From Dysgonomonas sp. (GTDB lineage Bacteria; Bacteroidota; Bacteroidia; Bacteroidales; Dysgonomonadaceae), in NCBI GenBank assembly GCA_032477055.1, contig JAWDXP010000010.1, forward strand, positions 89,702 to 121,701: 32,000 bases of DNA, read 5' to 3'. The notes below the pieces were generated by a model. That model was not told where the DNA came from. It was given only the letters and a program-made list of their open reading frames with translations, and did not search any database. Below, one piece after another: positions 8,640-15,336 of the stretch (positions within the stretch are counted from its first letter, which is position 1; the number at the start of each line of letters is the position of its first letter). Made by a program: the position numbers and the translations under genes.

Positions 8640-9335
8640 ATGTTAATAGAACAACCTCCATTTTTTTATCGGCTTCTTTTTCCGGGAGGACACTGGAGAA
8701 TACCTGTAAAAAATGAGAAAGCAGTTTATCTGACTTTTGACGATGGTCCTATTCCCGAAATCACACCTTGGGTATTAGAATTACTGGATAAATACGGAAT
8801 AAAGGCGACATTCTTCTGTGTAGGGGATAATGTCAGAAAATATCCTGAGATTTACAATCAGGTATTAGAACATGGTCATCAGGTGGGTAATCATACCTTC
8901 AATCATATACAAGGGATAAAGACTTTATCGAAAAACTATATTAAAAATACCGACCTTGCTTCGGAACACATAAAGTCTACCTTATTCCGTCCACCACATG
9001 GACACATGCGTCTCCCTCAGTTCTGGGCTTTACGCAAGAAGTATAAGATAGTAATGTGGGATGTTGTGACGCGTGATTATAGTAAAAGGCAGACACCGGA
9101 ACAAGTTCTGAAAAATGTGAAACAATATACACGTAATGGTTCTATTATCGTATTCCATGATTCGCTGAAAGCGGAAAAGAATATGAAATATGCACTACCA
9201 CTTGCTATAGAATGGTTGCTAGAACAGGGTTATGTATTCAAGACTATAGAAGAAGAAAAAATTACCGAAGCAGTAGAGACGAATCTCCATAACTCAGAAA
9301 ACGATATCCCTGAGTTAGTGCGTGATTATAGATAG
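8640..9335 (+). CDS. Polysaccharide deacetylase, carbohydrate esterase family 4 (231 aa)
   Basis: NodB-homology motifs are present: 'YLTFDDGP' (TFDDG motif 1), 'GNHTFNH' (H-x-x-x-H metal motif 2) and 'FRPPHG' (motif 3). The 3' end overlaps the queA 3' end by 74 nt. Confidence 0.9.
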   Translation: MLIEQPPFFYRLLFPGGHWRIPVKNEKAVYLTFDDGPIPEITPWVLELLDKYGIKATFFCVGDNVRKYPEIYNQVLEHGHQVGNHTFNHIQGIKTLSKNYIKNTDLASEHIKSTLFRPPHGHMRLPQFWALRKKYKIVMWDVVTRDYSKRQTPEQVLKNVKQYTRNGSIIVFHDSLKAEKNMKYALPLAIEWLLEQGYVFKTIEEEKITEAVETNLHNSENDIPELVRDYR

Positions 9336-10485
9336 ACGCCCACTCCCCTTTTACAAAAGCTGAAACCAATAATAACAAAGTGCTTTGTGGTTGATGAAAA
9401 TTAGTCACAATGCCTGTTACAATTTTGAACTCATAGCCGGGCACAATCATTATCCGGGTATCAGCCAGAAGAATATCTGAAGAGTGCCTATCCAGATATT
9501 TCAATATATTCTCCAAGGCTTTTTCTTTAGAAATAATCTCATTTTCCGGATTATAAGGAAGCCACTGTTCTACTTTTAACACTTCTGTATTAGGGTCATT
9601 TTCCAATATTAACCCGATATAATATAAACTTTCCAAAGTACGAACCGAAGTAGTACCCACTGCAATAATATTCCCTTTATGGGAAAGAATATTTTCAAGA
9701 GTCTCACGCCTTACAGAGATAAACTCCGAATGCATATCGTGATCATTGATGGTTTCGCTTTTTACAGGTTTGAATGTACCTGCTCCAACGTGTAATGTCA
9801 CTTCATCGGTCTTAATTCCTTTTTTACGAATATTCTCAAATACTTTATCCGTAAAATGTAATCCGGCTGTAGGAGCTGCTACAGAACCTTTTATCTTAGA
9901 GTACAAAGTCTGATAGGTCTCTTTATCCTTTTCTTCCGTATCACGGTTCAAATAAGGAGGGATAGGTAATTCTCCGGCAATATCCAGAAGTTCGGCAAAT
10001 GTGTATCTCGGATTATTCCACGAAAACTCTACAATATGGCTATTCCCTACTGTTTTGACAAGAGTAGCCTGTAAAGCTATTATACTATCCTCTATAGTAA
10101 TACTTTTTGTAAGAATACCCCCTTTCCACTTTTTCAGATTACCAATCATACAGTACCATGCGCATTTTTCGGTAGTTTGAAAAATAAGGTTATAATCATG
10201 AGGAAAATAAGGGTCAAGACAGAATATTTCGATATTAGCCCCTGTCGGTTTTTGAAAATACAACCTTGCCTGAATGACTCTCGTATTATTAAAAATCATT
10301 AAGCTATCTTGTGGCAAGAAGTCAGTAATATCAGAAAATACAGCATCTTTAACCTGAGACTTCTGATAGACAAGCAGTTTAGAATCATCACGTTTAGCTA
10401 GAGGATATTTAGCTATTCTATCATCCGGAAGATCATAATTATAATCTTTAATCTGTATATGGCGAGGGTCTGATAATTCCATCAT
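9262..10485 (-). CDS. queA: S-adenosylmethionine:tRNA ribosyltransferase-isomerase (queuosine biosynthesis), long form (407 aa)
   Basis: QueA signatures run throughout: 'YDLPDDRIAKYP', 'NNTRVIQARL', 'ELPIPPYL', 'GSVAAPTAGLHFT', 'TLHVGAGTFKPV', 'IIAVGTTSVRTLES', 'VTNFHQPQSTLLLLVSAF' and 'YRFLSYGDSSLL'. Confidence 0.9.
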   Translation of the reverse strand: MMELSDPRHIQIKDYNYDLPDDRIAKYPLAKRDDSKLLVYQKSQVKDAVFSDITDFLPQDSLMIFNNTRVIQARLYFQKPTGANIEIFCLDPYFPHDYNLIFQTTEKCAWYCMIGNLKKWKGGILTKSITIEDSIIALQATLVKTVGNSHIVEFSWNNPRYTFAELLDIAGELPIPPYLNRDTEEKDKETYQTLYSKIKGSVAAPTAGLHFTDKVFENIRKKGIKTDEVTLHVGAGTFKPVKSETINDHDMHSEFISVRRETLENILSHKGNIIAVGTTSVRTLESLYYIGLILENDPNTEVLKVEQWLPYNPENEIISKEKALENILKYLDRHSSDILLADTRIMIVPGYEFKIVTGIVTNFHQPQSTLLLLVSAFVKGEWASIYNHALTQGYRFLSYGDSSLLLR

Positions 10486-10502
10486 TTACTTTTTTTATCC
10501 GT

Positions 10503-10510
10503 CAAAATTA
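10503..10510 (-). promoter_or_regulatory. -7 promoter box TAATTTTG (minus strand) for queA
   Basis: The plus-strand CAAAATTA is TAATTTTG on the minus strand, 18 nt upstream of the queA ATG at 10485. Confidence 0.4.
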
Positions 10511-10516
10511 ATCAAC

Positions 10517-10547
10517 TTTGCATGAATATAAAAAGAATTTAACTTTA
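10517..10547 (+). promoter_or_regulatory. Candidate promoter for the Smr gene: TTTG (10517-10520), 19-nt spacer, TAACTTTA (10540-10547)
   Basis: The -33 TTTG is exact and the spacing is correct. The -7 box deviates at its last base (A instead of G). Confidence 0.35.
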
Positions 10548-10597
10548 CAGGCTCTGATAACTAATATATAATCGAGCCATATTAAATAATAGACAAT

Positions 10598-11644
10598 ATG
10601 AAAATCGGGGATAAAGTTCGATTTCTTAATACCACAGGGGGAGGTATTGTAAAAGGATTTCAAGGAAAAGATATCGTTTTGGTAGAAGACAATGATGGAT
10701 TCGAAATACCTGTTCTGATAAAAGAAGCAATCGTTATTGCGCCGGCACAGGAGGCGCAAGTAAGACAATCGGTTAAACCCAAAGAAGAAACCTCATCTGC
10801 AACCGTTACGCCACAACCGTTACCTGAAGAGATAGAGATAGTTGAGACCAGAGAAGGCGAACAAGTCACAGCATGTCTTGCTTATCTTCCCATAGATATA
10901 AAAAATCTAACGACTAGCAATTATGAGTGTTATCTGGTAAATGACAGCAATTATTTTCTGTCATATACATATATGAGCAGGGCAAATGCAGGATGGATAG
11001 TGAGAGCTACCGGAATTGTCGAACCTAATACGAAAGTATTTGTAGAGGAATTCAACAAACAGGATATCAACGATCTGGAAAAGGTCTGTGTACAGTTTAT
11101 CGCTTATAAAAAGGATAAGCCTTTCCGTTTGAAAAACCCTTGTTCTGCCGAAATTCGTATCGACACAGTAAAATTCTATAAATTACATAGTTTCAAAGAT
11201 AACGATTATTTCGATGACGATGCCATCATCTATTATCTGATGAAAAAAGATTATGTAGAGAAGGAACTGAATATTTCGCCCGAAGCTATAGCAGAGGCTA
11301 TGCAGCAAAAAAAAGAAACATCACGCCCGCGCATTCAGCAAATAAATAAAAAAGAGAAATCTCCTATTCTGGAAGTGAATCTGCATATAGATGAACTAAT
11401 GGATACTACAGCCGGACTGGAATCGAAAGATATGTTGGAATATCAACTATCGAAATTCAATGAAATAATGCAAGAGAACATGAATAATAAAGGGCTAAAA
11501 ATAGTCTTCATCCATGGAAAGGGGAATGGCGTTCTCAAAAAAGCAATACTAGACAAATTAAAAAACAAATACAAAACAGCTTATTACCAAGATGCTTCTT
11601 TTCGTGAATACGGATTCGGAGCAACGATGGTCACAATCAAGTAA
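10598..11644 (+). CDS. DUF2027-type protein with C-terminal Smr (MutS2-related small) domain (348 aa)
   Basis: The N-terminus 'MKIGDKVRFLNTTGGGIVKGFQGKDIVLVEDNDGFEIPV' is a KOW/SH3-like hairpin motif. The C-terminal ~80 aa 'LEVNLHIDEL...LKIVFIHGKGNGVLKKAI...GATMVTIK' matches the Smr domain, including its H-G-x-G core. Confidence 0.8.
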   Translation: MKIGDKVRFLNTTGGGIVKGFQGKDIVLVEDNDGFEIPVLIKEAIVIAPAQEAQVRQSVKPKEETSSATVTPQPLPEEIEIVETREGEQVTACLAYLPIDIKNLTTSNYECYLVNDSNYFLSYTYMSRANAGWIVRATGIVEPNTKVFVEEFNKQDINDLEKVCVQFIAYKKDKPFRLKNPCSAEIRIDTVKFYKLHSFKDNDYFDDDAIIYYLMKKDYVEKELNISPEAIAEAMQQKKETSRPRIQQINKKEKSPILEVNLHIDELMDTTAGLESKDMLEYQLSKFNEIMQENMNNKGLKIVFIHGKGNGVLKKAILDKLKNKYKTAYYQDASFREYGFGATMVTIK

Positions 11645-11666
11645 TAACAACAAATTTAATAAATCA

Positions 11667-12254
11667 ATGAAACTTAAATTACTAGCATTCATTTTTTCTA
11701 CATTAGTTTTATTTACAGGGTGTGGAAGTGTTGGTGAAGGACTTAGCAGCGCTTACAACGTTACCAAATGTGAATACAATTATAAGTCTATTTCGAATCT
11801 TTCTTTATCGGGAATGAATTTATCAAAAGGTATCTCACCTCTGGATCTTCCTAAGATATTAGGAATATTAAATGGCTCTGCTTCTTCTATGCCTTTAGAT
11901 TTTACACTCAATCTGGATGTTAAGAATCCAAATGCAACAGCGGCAGCATTAAACGGATTACAATATATAATCAGTATCGATGATGTTCAGTTTACAACAG
12001 GAAAGGTGAACCAATCGATGAATATTGCAGCAGGTGCCAGCCAAACCCTTCCTCTAAACATTGGGGTAGACTTGGCTACATTAATGAAAAGCAATTCTAA
12101 AACAGCTGTTACTAATATCGCTAAAAATTTCTTAGGAATTGGTAGCGAAAAATCTAATGTATCTCTACAAATCAAACCAACATTTATGATCGGTAACCAA
12201 GCAATTGCTTCTCCGGTCTATATTCCTATTAATTTTGCTTTCGGAGGTAAATAA
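11667..12254 (+). CDS. Lipoprotein, LEA type-2 (LEA14/NDR1-HIN1-like) family candidate (195 aa)
   Basis: The ATG at 11667 gives the lipobox signal MKLKLLAFIFSTLVLFTGC|G. The track start at 11592 overlaps the Smr gene. The body is a beta-rich pattern 'LDFTLNLDVKNPN...LNGLQYIISIDDVQFTTGKV' reminiscent of LEA_2 domains. Confidence 0.55.
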   Translation: MKLKLLAFIFSTLVLFTGCGSVGEGLSSAYNVTKCEYNYKSISNLSLSGMNLSKGISPLDLPKILGILNGSASSMPLDFTLNLDVKNPNATAAALNGLQYIISIDDVQFTTGKVNQSMNIAAGASQTLPLNIGVDLATLMKSNSKTAVTNIAKNFLGIGSEKSNVSLQIKPTFMIGNQAIASPVYIPINFAFGGK

Positions 12255-12279
12255 AAGTAATATATACAAATAATAAAAG

Positions 12280-12313
12280 CGGCTCATAAATAATAAATAT
12301 GAGCCGTATTTTT
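12280..12313. terminator. Bidirectional Rho-independent terminator between convergent genes
   Basis: The stem CGGCTCATA (12280-12288) pairs with TATGAGCCG (12298-12306). TATTTTTAT follows on the plus strand and GCTTTTATTATTT follows on the minus strand. Confidence 0.7.
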
Positions 12314-12330
12314 ATATATAATCAGATCGA

Positions 12331-12807
12331 TCAATCTAAATATTTTTCTAAATGATAAGAAATAAACTTCTCTATCTCTTCCTGATCTGCATCCGGCTTA
12401 GGTGCCCATGATGCCAGATTATCAGGACTAATAGGCGCATATGGTCCATCTTTTATTTCATATACAACAGTGTTTTCTTCCAGAACTATAAGTGAGTGCC
12501 ATGTCCCGGGTTCTATCTCGAGCCCCCAGACCCCCAATTGAGGAGAAAGTTTCATCGAACTCATTACATCCCCATTATCATCAAATAACAAAGCAAGAAC
12601 ACTACCTCTAAGGACTATAAACACCTCATTCTTATCCGGATTAATATGACGGTGAGGAGGAAGATAAGTACCTGGCTCCATTGCATTCAGTAATCGGTTG
12701 ATTGGATCATCTAACGATTCATGGAAATTATAATTCATCCTCAATCGAGGATTGTCTTTAGCCTGTTGAGAAACTCTATCTAAAAGGTTTTTATCAATAA
12801 TCTTCAT
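12331..12807 (-). CDS. WbuC-family cupin-fold protein (158 aa)
   Basis: The N-terminal 'NPRLRMNYNFHESLDDPINRLLNAMEPGTYLPPHRH' and the following beta-barrel segment 'EVFIVLRGSV..LLFDDNGDV' match the WbuC cupin family pattern. Confidence 0.75.
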   Translation of the reverse strand: MKIIDKNLLDRVSQQAKDNPRLRMNYNFHESLDDPINRLLNAMEPGTYLPPHRHINPDKNEVFIVLRGSVLALLFDDNGDVMSSMKLSPQLGVWGLEIEPGTWHSLIVLEENTVVYEIKDGPYAPISPDNLASWAPKPDADQEEIEKFISYHLEKYLD

Positions 12808-12818
12808 ATCTTCTTATT

Positions 12819-13232
12819 TTAATGAAGTCCTAATATCATATTTGCCAGAATAATACTCAATACTATAAGAGTAATCACCACGTACATATAATCTTTCTCA
12901 ATCAAAAAAGATATAGCAGAAAAAGCTACCCGCAAAATAGGTGTAGCAATTAACACAACTACTCCCAGTTGTATAATAGCAGCTCCGTCAAACTCCATCA
13001 CTTGAGGTAATATTGTATTTAATTCCCTCAAATATTGTTCTACACCCGGGAATGGTTGACCGGAAGGAATCGATTTATAATCGGGCATATTTCCATTTCG
13101 TTGTATTATGTAAACTATCCCTCCAAACGTGGTAATAGTACATGCAAGCATCACTCCATAACGTAGAAGTTTACCGATATATTGTTCTACGTCTTTTTCG
13201 CCCCAATATGCTCTGGAAAAAATATTTTTCAT
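12819..13232 (-). CDS. DUF1634 family membrane protein (137 aa)
   Basis: Small protein with 3-4 TM segments, lying 5 nt downstream of a TauE/SafE gene. This is the usual conserved pairing for DUF1634. Confidence 0.65.
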   Translation of the reverse strand: MKNIFSRAYWGEKDVEQYIGKLLRYGVMLACTITTFGGIVYIIQRNGNMPDYKSIPSGQPFPGVEQYLRELNTILPQVMEFDGAAIIQLGVVVLIATPILRVAFSAISFLIEKDYMYVVITLIVLSIILANMILGLH

Positions 13233-13237
13233 AACCC

Positions 13238-14071
13238 TTATAGTTTTCCGGTAATACCATTATACATCATCGAAATAGCCAATAAGAAAATCACGACACT
13301 AAACAGCAGCCTCAATTTCTTCACATTAGTTTTAGGTAAAACTTTAGAACCCACAAATGCTCCTATTAGTACTCCTATAACAATGGGCATAGCCAAACCT
13401 GGATCTATATATCCGCGCTGCAAGTATACGACTGCACTTGCTGCTGCTGTAACACCCACCATAAAGTTACTTGTAGTAGTAGATACCTTAAAAGGAATCT
13501 TCATCGCCGTATCCATAGCCAATACTTTCAGTGCTCCGGAACCAATACCTAACAAACCGGACAAAACTCCAGCTAAAGTCATTAGAGAAAATCCACCCGC
13601 TACATTATGCACATTATAATTAACTATACCTTCTGTCGTAGGAAAAGAACCATTCAATTTTAAAGTTTGTCCCAATTTATCTCCAGGAAGAGAATAATCT
13701 TCATTAGTCTCATTTTTTCTCATAGATCTCACTGCCGAGAAGATAAGTACACAGCCAAAAATAATAGCAATATATTGCTTATCCAGATAAATAGCAATTA
13801 CTGCACCTATAACAGCACCTATAGTGGTAGCAATTTCCAAAAACATACCTATACGTACATTAGTAATCCCTTCTTTTATATAGGCTGCAGCGGCTCCGGA
13901 AGAACTGGCAATGGAAGTCACTAAAGCGGTCCCAATAGCATATCGCATATCAATTCCAAAGCCTAGTGTCAATAAAGGAATAATAACCACTCCTCCACCT
14001 AAGCCGGTAAGGGCTCCTAAAAATCCGGCTAATATTGCCCCCAGCAATAATATAAGTGTAAACTCTAACAT
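13238..14071 (-). CDS. TauE/SafE family anion (sulfite/organosulfonate-type) exporter (277 aa)
   Basis: About eight hydrophobic segments with an internally duplicated glycine-rich motif ('LTGLGGGVVIIPLL' and 'LLGIGSGALKVLAM'), characteristic of TauE/SafE permeases. Confidence 0.85.
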   Translation of the reverse strand: MLEFTLILLLGAILAGFLGALTGLGGGVVIIPLLTLGFGIDMRYAIGTALVTSIASSSGAAAAYIKEGITNVRIGMFLEIATTIGAVIGAVIAIYLDKQYIAIIFGCVLIFSAVRSMRKNETNEDYSLPGDKLGQTLKLNGSFPTTEGIVNYNVHNVAGGFSLMTLAGVLSGLLGIGSGALKVLAMDTAMKIPFKVSTTTSNFMVGVTAAASAVVYLQRGYIDPGLAMPIVIGVLIGAFVGSKVLPKTNVKKLRLLFSVVIFLLAISMMYNGITGKL

Positions 14072-14091
14072 GTTTGTCTATTTTAGGTAAA

Positions 14092-14099
14092 CAAAGGTA
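14092..14099 (-). promoter_or_regulatory. -7 promoter box TACCTTTG (minus strand) for the TauE-DUF1634-WbuC operon
   Basis: The plus-strand CAAAGGTA is TACCTTTG on the minus strand, 21 nt upstream of the ATG at 14071. Confidence 0.45.
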
Positions 14100-14162
14100 T
14101 TAAACTATTCATAAATACACTCTTTTAATTTTATTTTTCATCTTTTAGTTCAATCAAGTCTA

Positions 14163-14170
14163 TAGATTTG
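14163..14170 (+). promoter_or_regulatory. -7 promoter box TAGATTTG for the lipoprotein gene at 14208
   Basis: Exact TAnnTTTG match 38 nt upstream of the ATG. Confidence 0.4.
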
Positions 14171-14207
14171 ACTATTTTTATGCGCTTATAATATTATTTA
14201 TATAATA

Positions 14208-14681
14208 ATGAAATATATACAAACCACACTCTTATTATTTATCAGCGTTCTAATATTTATATCTTGTGCCAAAGAAGAAAACCAAGATAGCGATATCCCT
14301 TATGCACAAGTTGAAATCGATATCAATCACAAAACAGAACATGAATTTGATAATGCGTATTATTACAAAAAATATTATACCGGCAAAAATGCATCTACAG
14401 CCGGTTATGTAGGAGTATTAGCGATAAGCCTATATAGCAATAATGCGAATGGCGCATTAGCATTAAGAGGCTTCGAATTATGTTGCCCTTATGAAGCCCC
14501 TTTAAAAAACGAACTAAGTGTAGTTGAAGACAACTGGACTCTGAAATGTCCTAAATGCAACTCCGAATACAGCTTGATAGATGATGGAAGAGCCAAATCA
14601 GGTCCGGCAGTAAGTGAGGGAAAACGTTTAAGAAGTTATGCAGTTTATAAAGGTGATGTTTTCTACAGAATACGCAATTAA
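14208..14681 (+). CDS. Hypothetical lipoprotein with a Rieske-fold-like C-terminal domain lacking the His ligands (157 aa)
   Basis: Lipobox MKYIQTTLLLFISVLIFISC|A. The C-terminal segment 'GFELCCPYEAPL...LKCPKCNSEYSLIDDGRAKSGPA...LRSYAV' follows the spacing of the Rieske pattern (C-x-H ... C-x-x-H ... G-P-A ... L-x-x-Y-x-V), but Tyr and Cys/Asn replace the two His ligands. Confidence 0.6.
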   Translation: MKYIQTTLLLFISVLIFISCAKEENQDSDIPYAQVEIDINHKTEHEFDNAYYYKKYYTGKNASTAGYVGVLAISLYSNNANGALALRGFELCCPYEAPLKNELSVVEDNWTLKCPKCNSEYSLIDDGRAKSGPAVSEGKRLRSYAVYKGDVFYRIRN

Positions 14682-14696
14682 AAATTGACAATTTTA

Positions 14697-14727
14697 TTTG
14701 TCAAATCAAAAAAACATCATACATTTG
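14697..14727 (+). promoter_or_regulatory. Promoter of the tRNA pair: -33 TTTG (14697-14700), 19-nt spacer, -7 TACATTTG (14720-14727)
   Basis: Exact match to the Bacteroides TTTG-N19-TAnnTTTG consensus, about 58 nt upstream of tRNA-Gly. Confidence 0.6.
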
Positions 14728-14784
14728 CACTCGCGTTAATAAAAGACGTATAGTTTACAACGGTAAACTAGCAAAGCACATTTT

Positions 14785-14857
<73 letters not shown>

Positions 14858-14865
14858 CATAGGCT

Positions 14866-14948
14866 GCTCGGATGGTGGAATGGTAGACACGCAAGACTTA
14901 AAATCTTGTGACCATTAGGTTGTGCGGGTTCAAGTCCCGCTCCGAGTA
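14866..14948 (+). tRNA. tRNA-Leu (anticodon TAA), class II with long variable arm, 83 nt
   Basis: The acceptor stem is GCTCGGA/TCCGAGT (G1-U72 wobble) and the anticodon arm is CAAGA-CTTAAAA-TCTTG. The variable arm is GACC-ATTA-GGTT, the T arm GCGGG-TTCAAGT-CCCGC and the discriminator A. Confidence 0.93.
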
Positions 14949-14963
14949 CTAACTGATAATCAG

Positions 14964-14995
14964 GCGACTACGATCAAAAAGTAGTCGCTTTTTTT
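14964..14995 (+). terminator. Rho-independent terminator of the tRNA operon
   Basis: Perfect 8-bp stem GCGACTAC (14964-14971) / GTAGTCGC (14981-14988) followed by a run of 7 T. Confidence 0.85.
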
Positions 14996-15250
14996 GTGCT
15001 TATTTGCCACTTAAAATACATTTTATAAGATTCGAAGACAGTTGATAATATGAAATAGAAACGACAGAATAAATATCTTAGTAGGATAATACAGGTAGGA
15101 CTATTTCAAAAGCCATAGCAAACAGGAAAAAAATTCATTTTATCCCTGAAATAATATTGGAGAAAGACAAAGTAAAGATATAATTTTTTCGGAGTAATCA
15201 TGAAACTCCAATATACATCTTATTAATCTGAAAATTAGCACTTATGAAAA

Positions 15251-15283
15251 AAGAAAGTGTCCTGAAATAATGGACACTTTCTT
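15251..15283 (-). terminator. Rho-independent terminator at the 3' end of the PUL operon (structure also usable on the plus strand)
   Basis: Perfect 12-bp stem AAGAAAGTGTCC (15251-15262) / GGACACTTTCTT (15272-15283). On the minus strand it lies 54 nt after the stop at 15337 and is followed by TTTTC. Confidence 0.8.
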
Positions 15284-15336
15284 TTATAAATTAGATAGAT
15301 ATTTATACCTAATCAGAAATAATAACATAGAGTTCA

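Noticed and set aside
14866-14948. A G1-U72 wobble at the top of the tRNA-Leu acceptor stem, as a sign of a pseudo-tRNA.
   Set aside because: All other arms fold canonically with conserved D- and T-loop residues. The gene shares a promoter and terminator with tRNA-Gly, so a single wobble pair is tolerable.
15106-15201. A 31-aa minus-strand ORF (MITPKKLYLYFVFLQYYFRDKMNFFPVCYGF) in the tRNA-PUL spacer.
   Set aside because: There is no promoter box and no recognisable motif. In AT-rich sequence an ORF of this size is expected by chance.
14866-15336. A mobile-element integration site at tRNA-Leu.
   Set aside because: No integrase, excisionase or transposase ORF is present. I found no repeat of the tRNA-Leu 3' end elsewhere in the window. 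Only the ORF-free spacer is suggestive.
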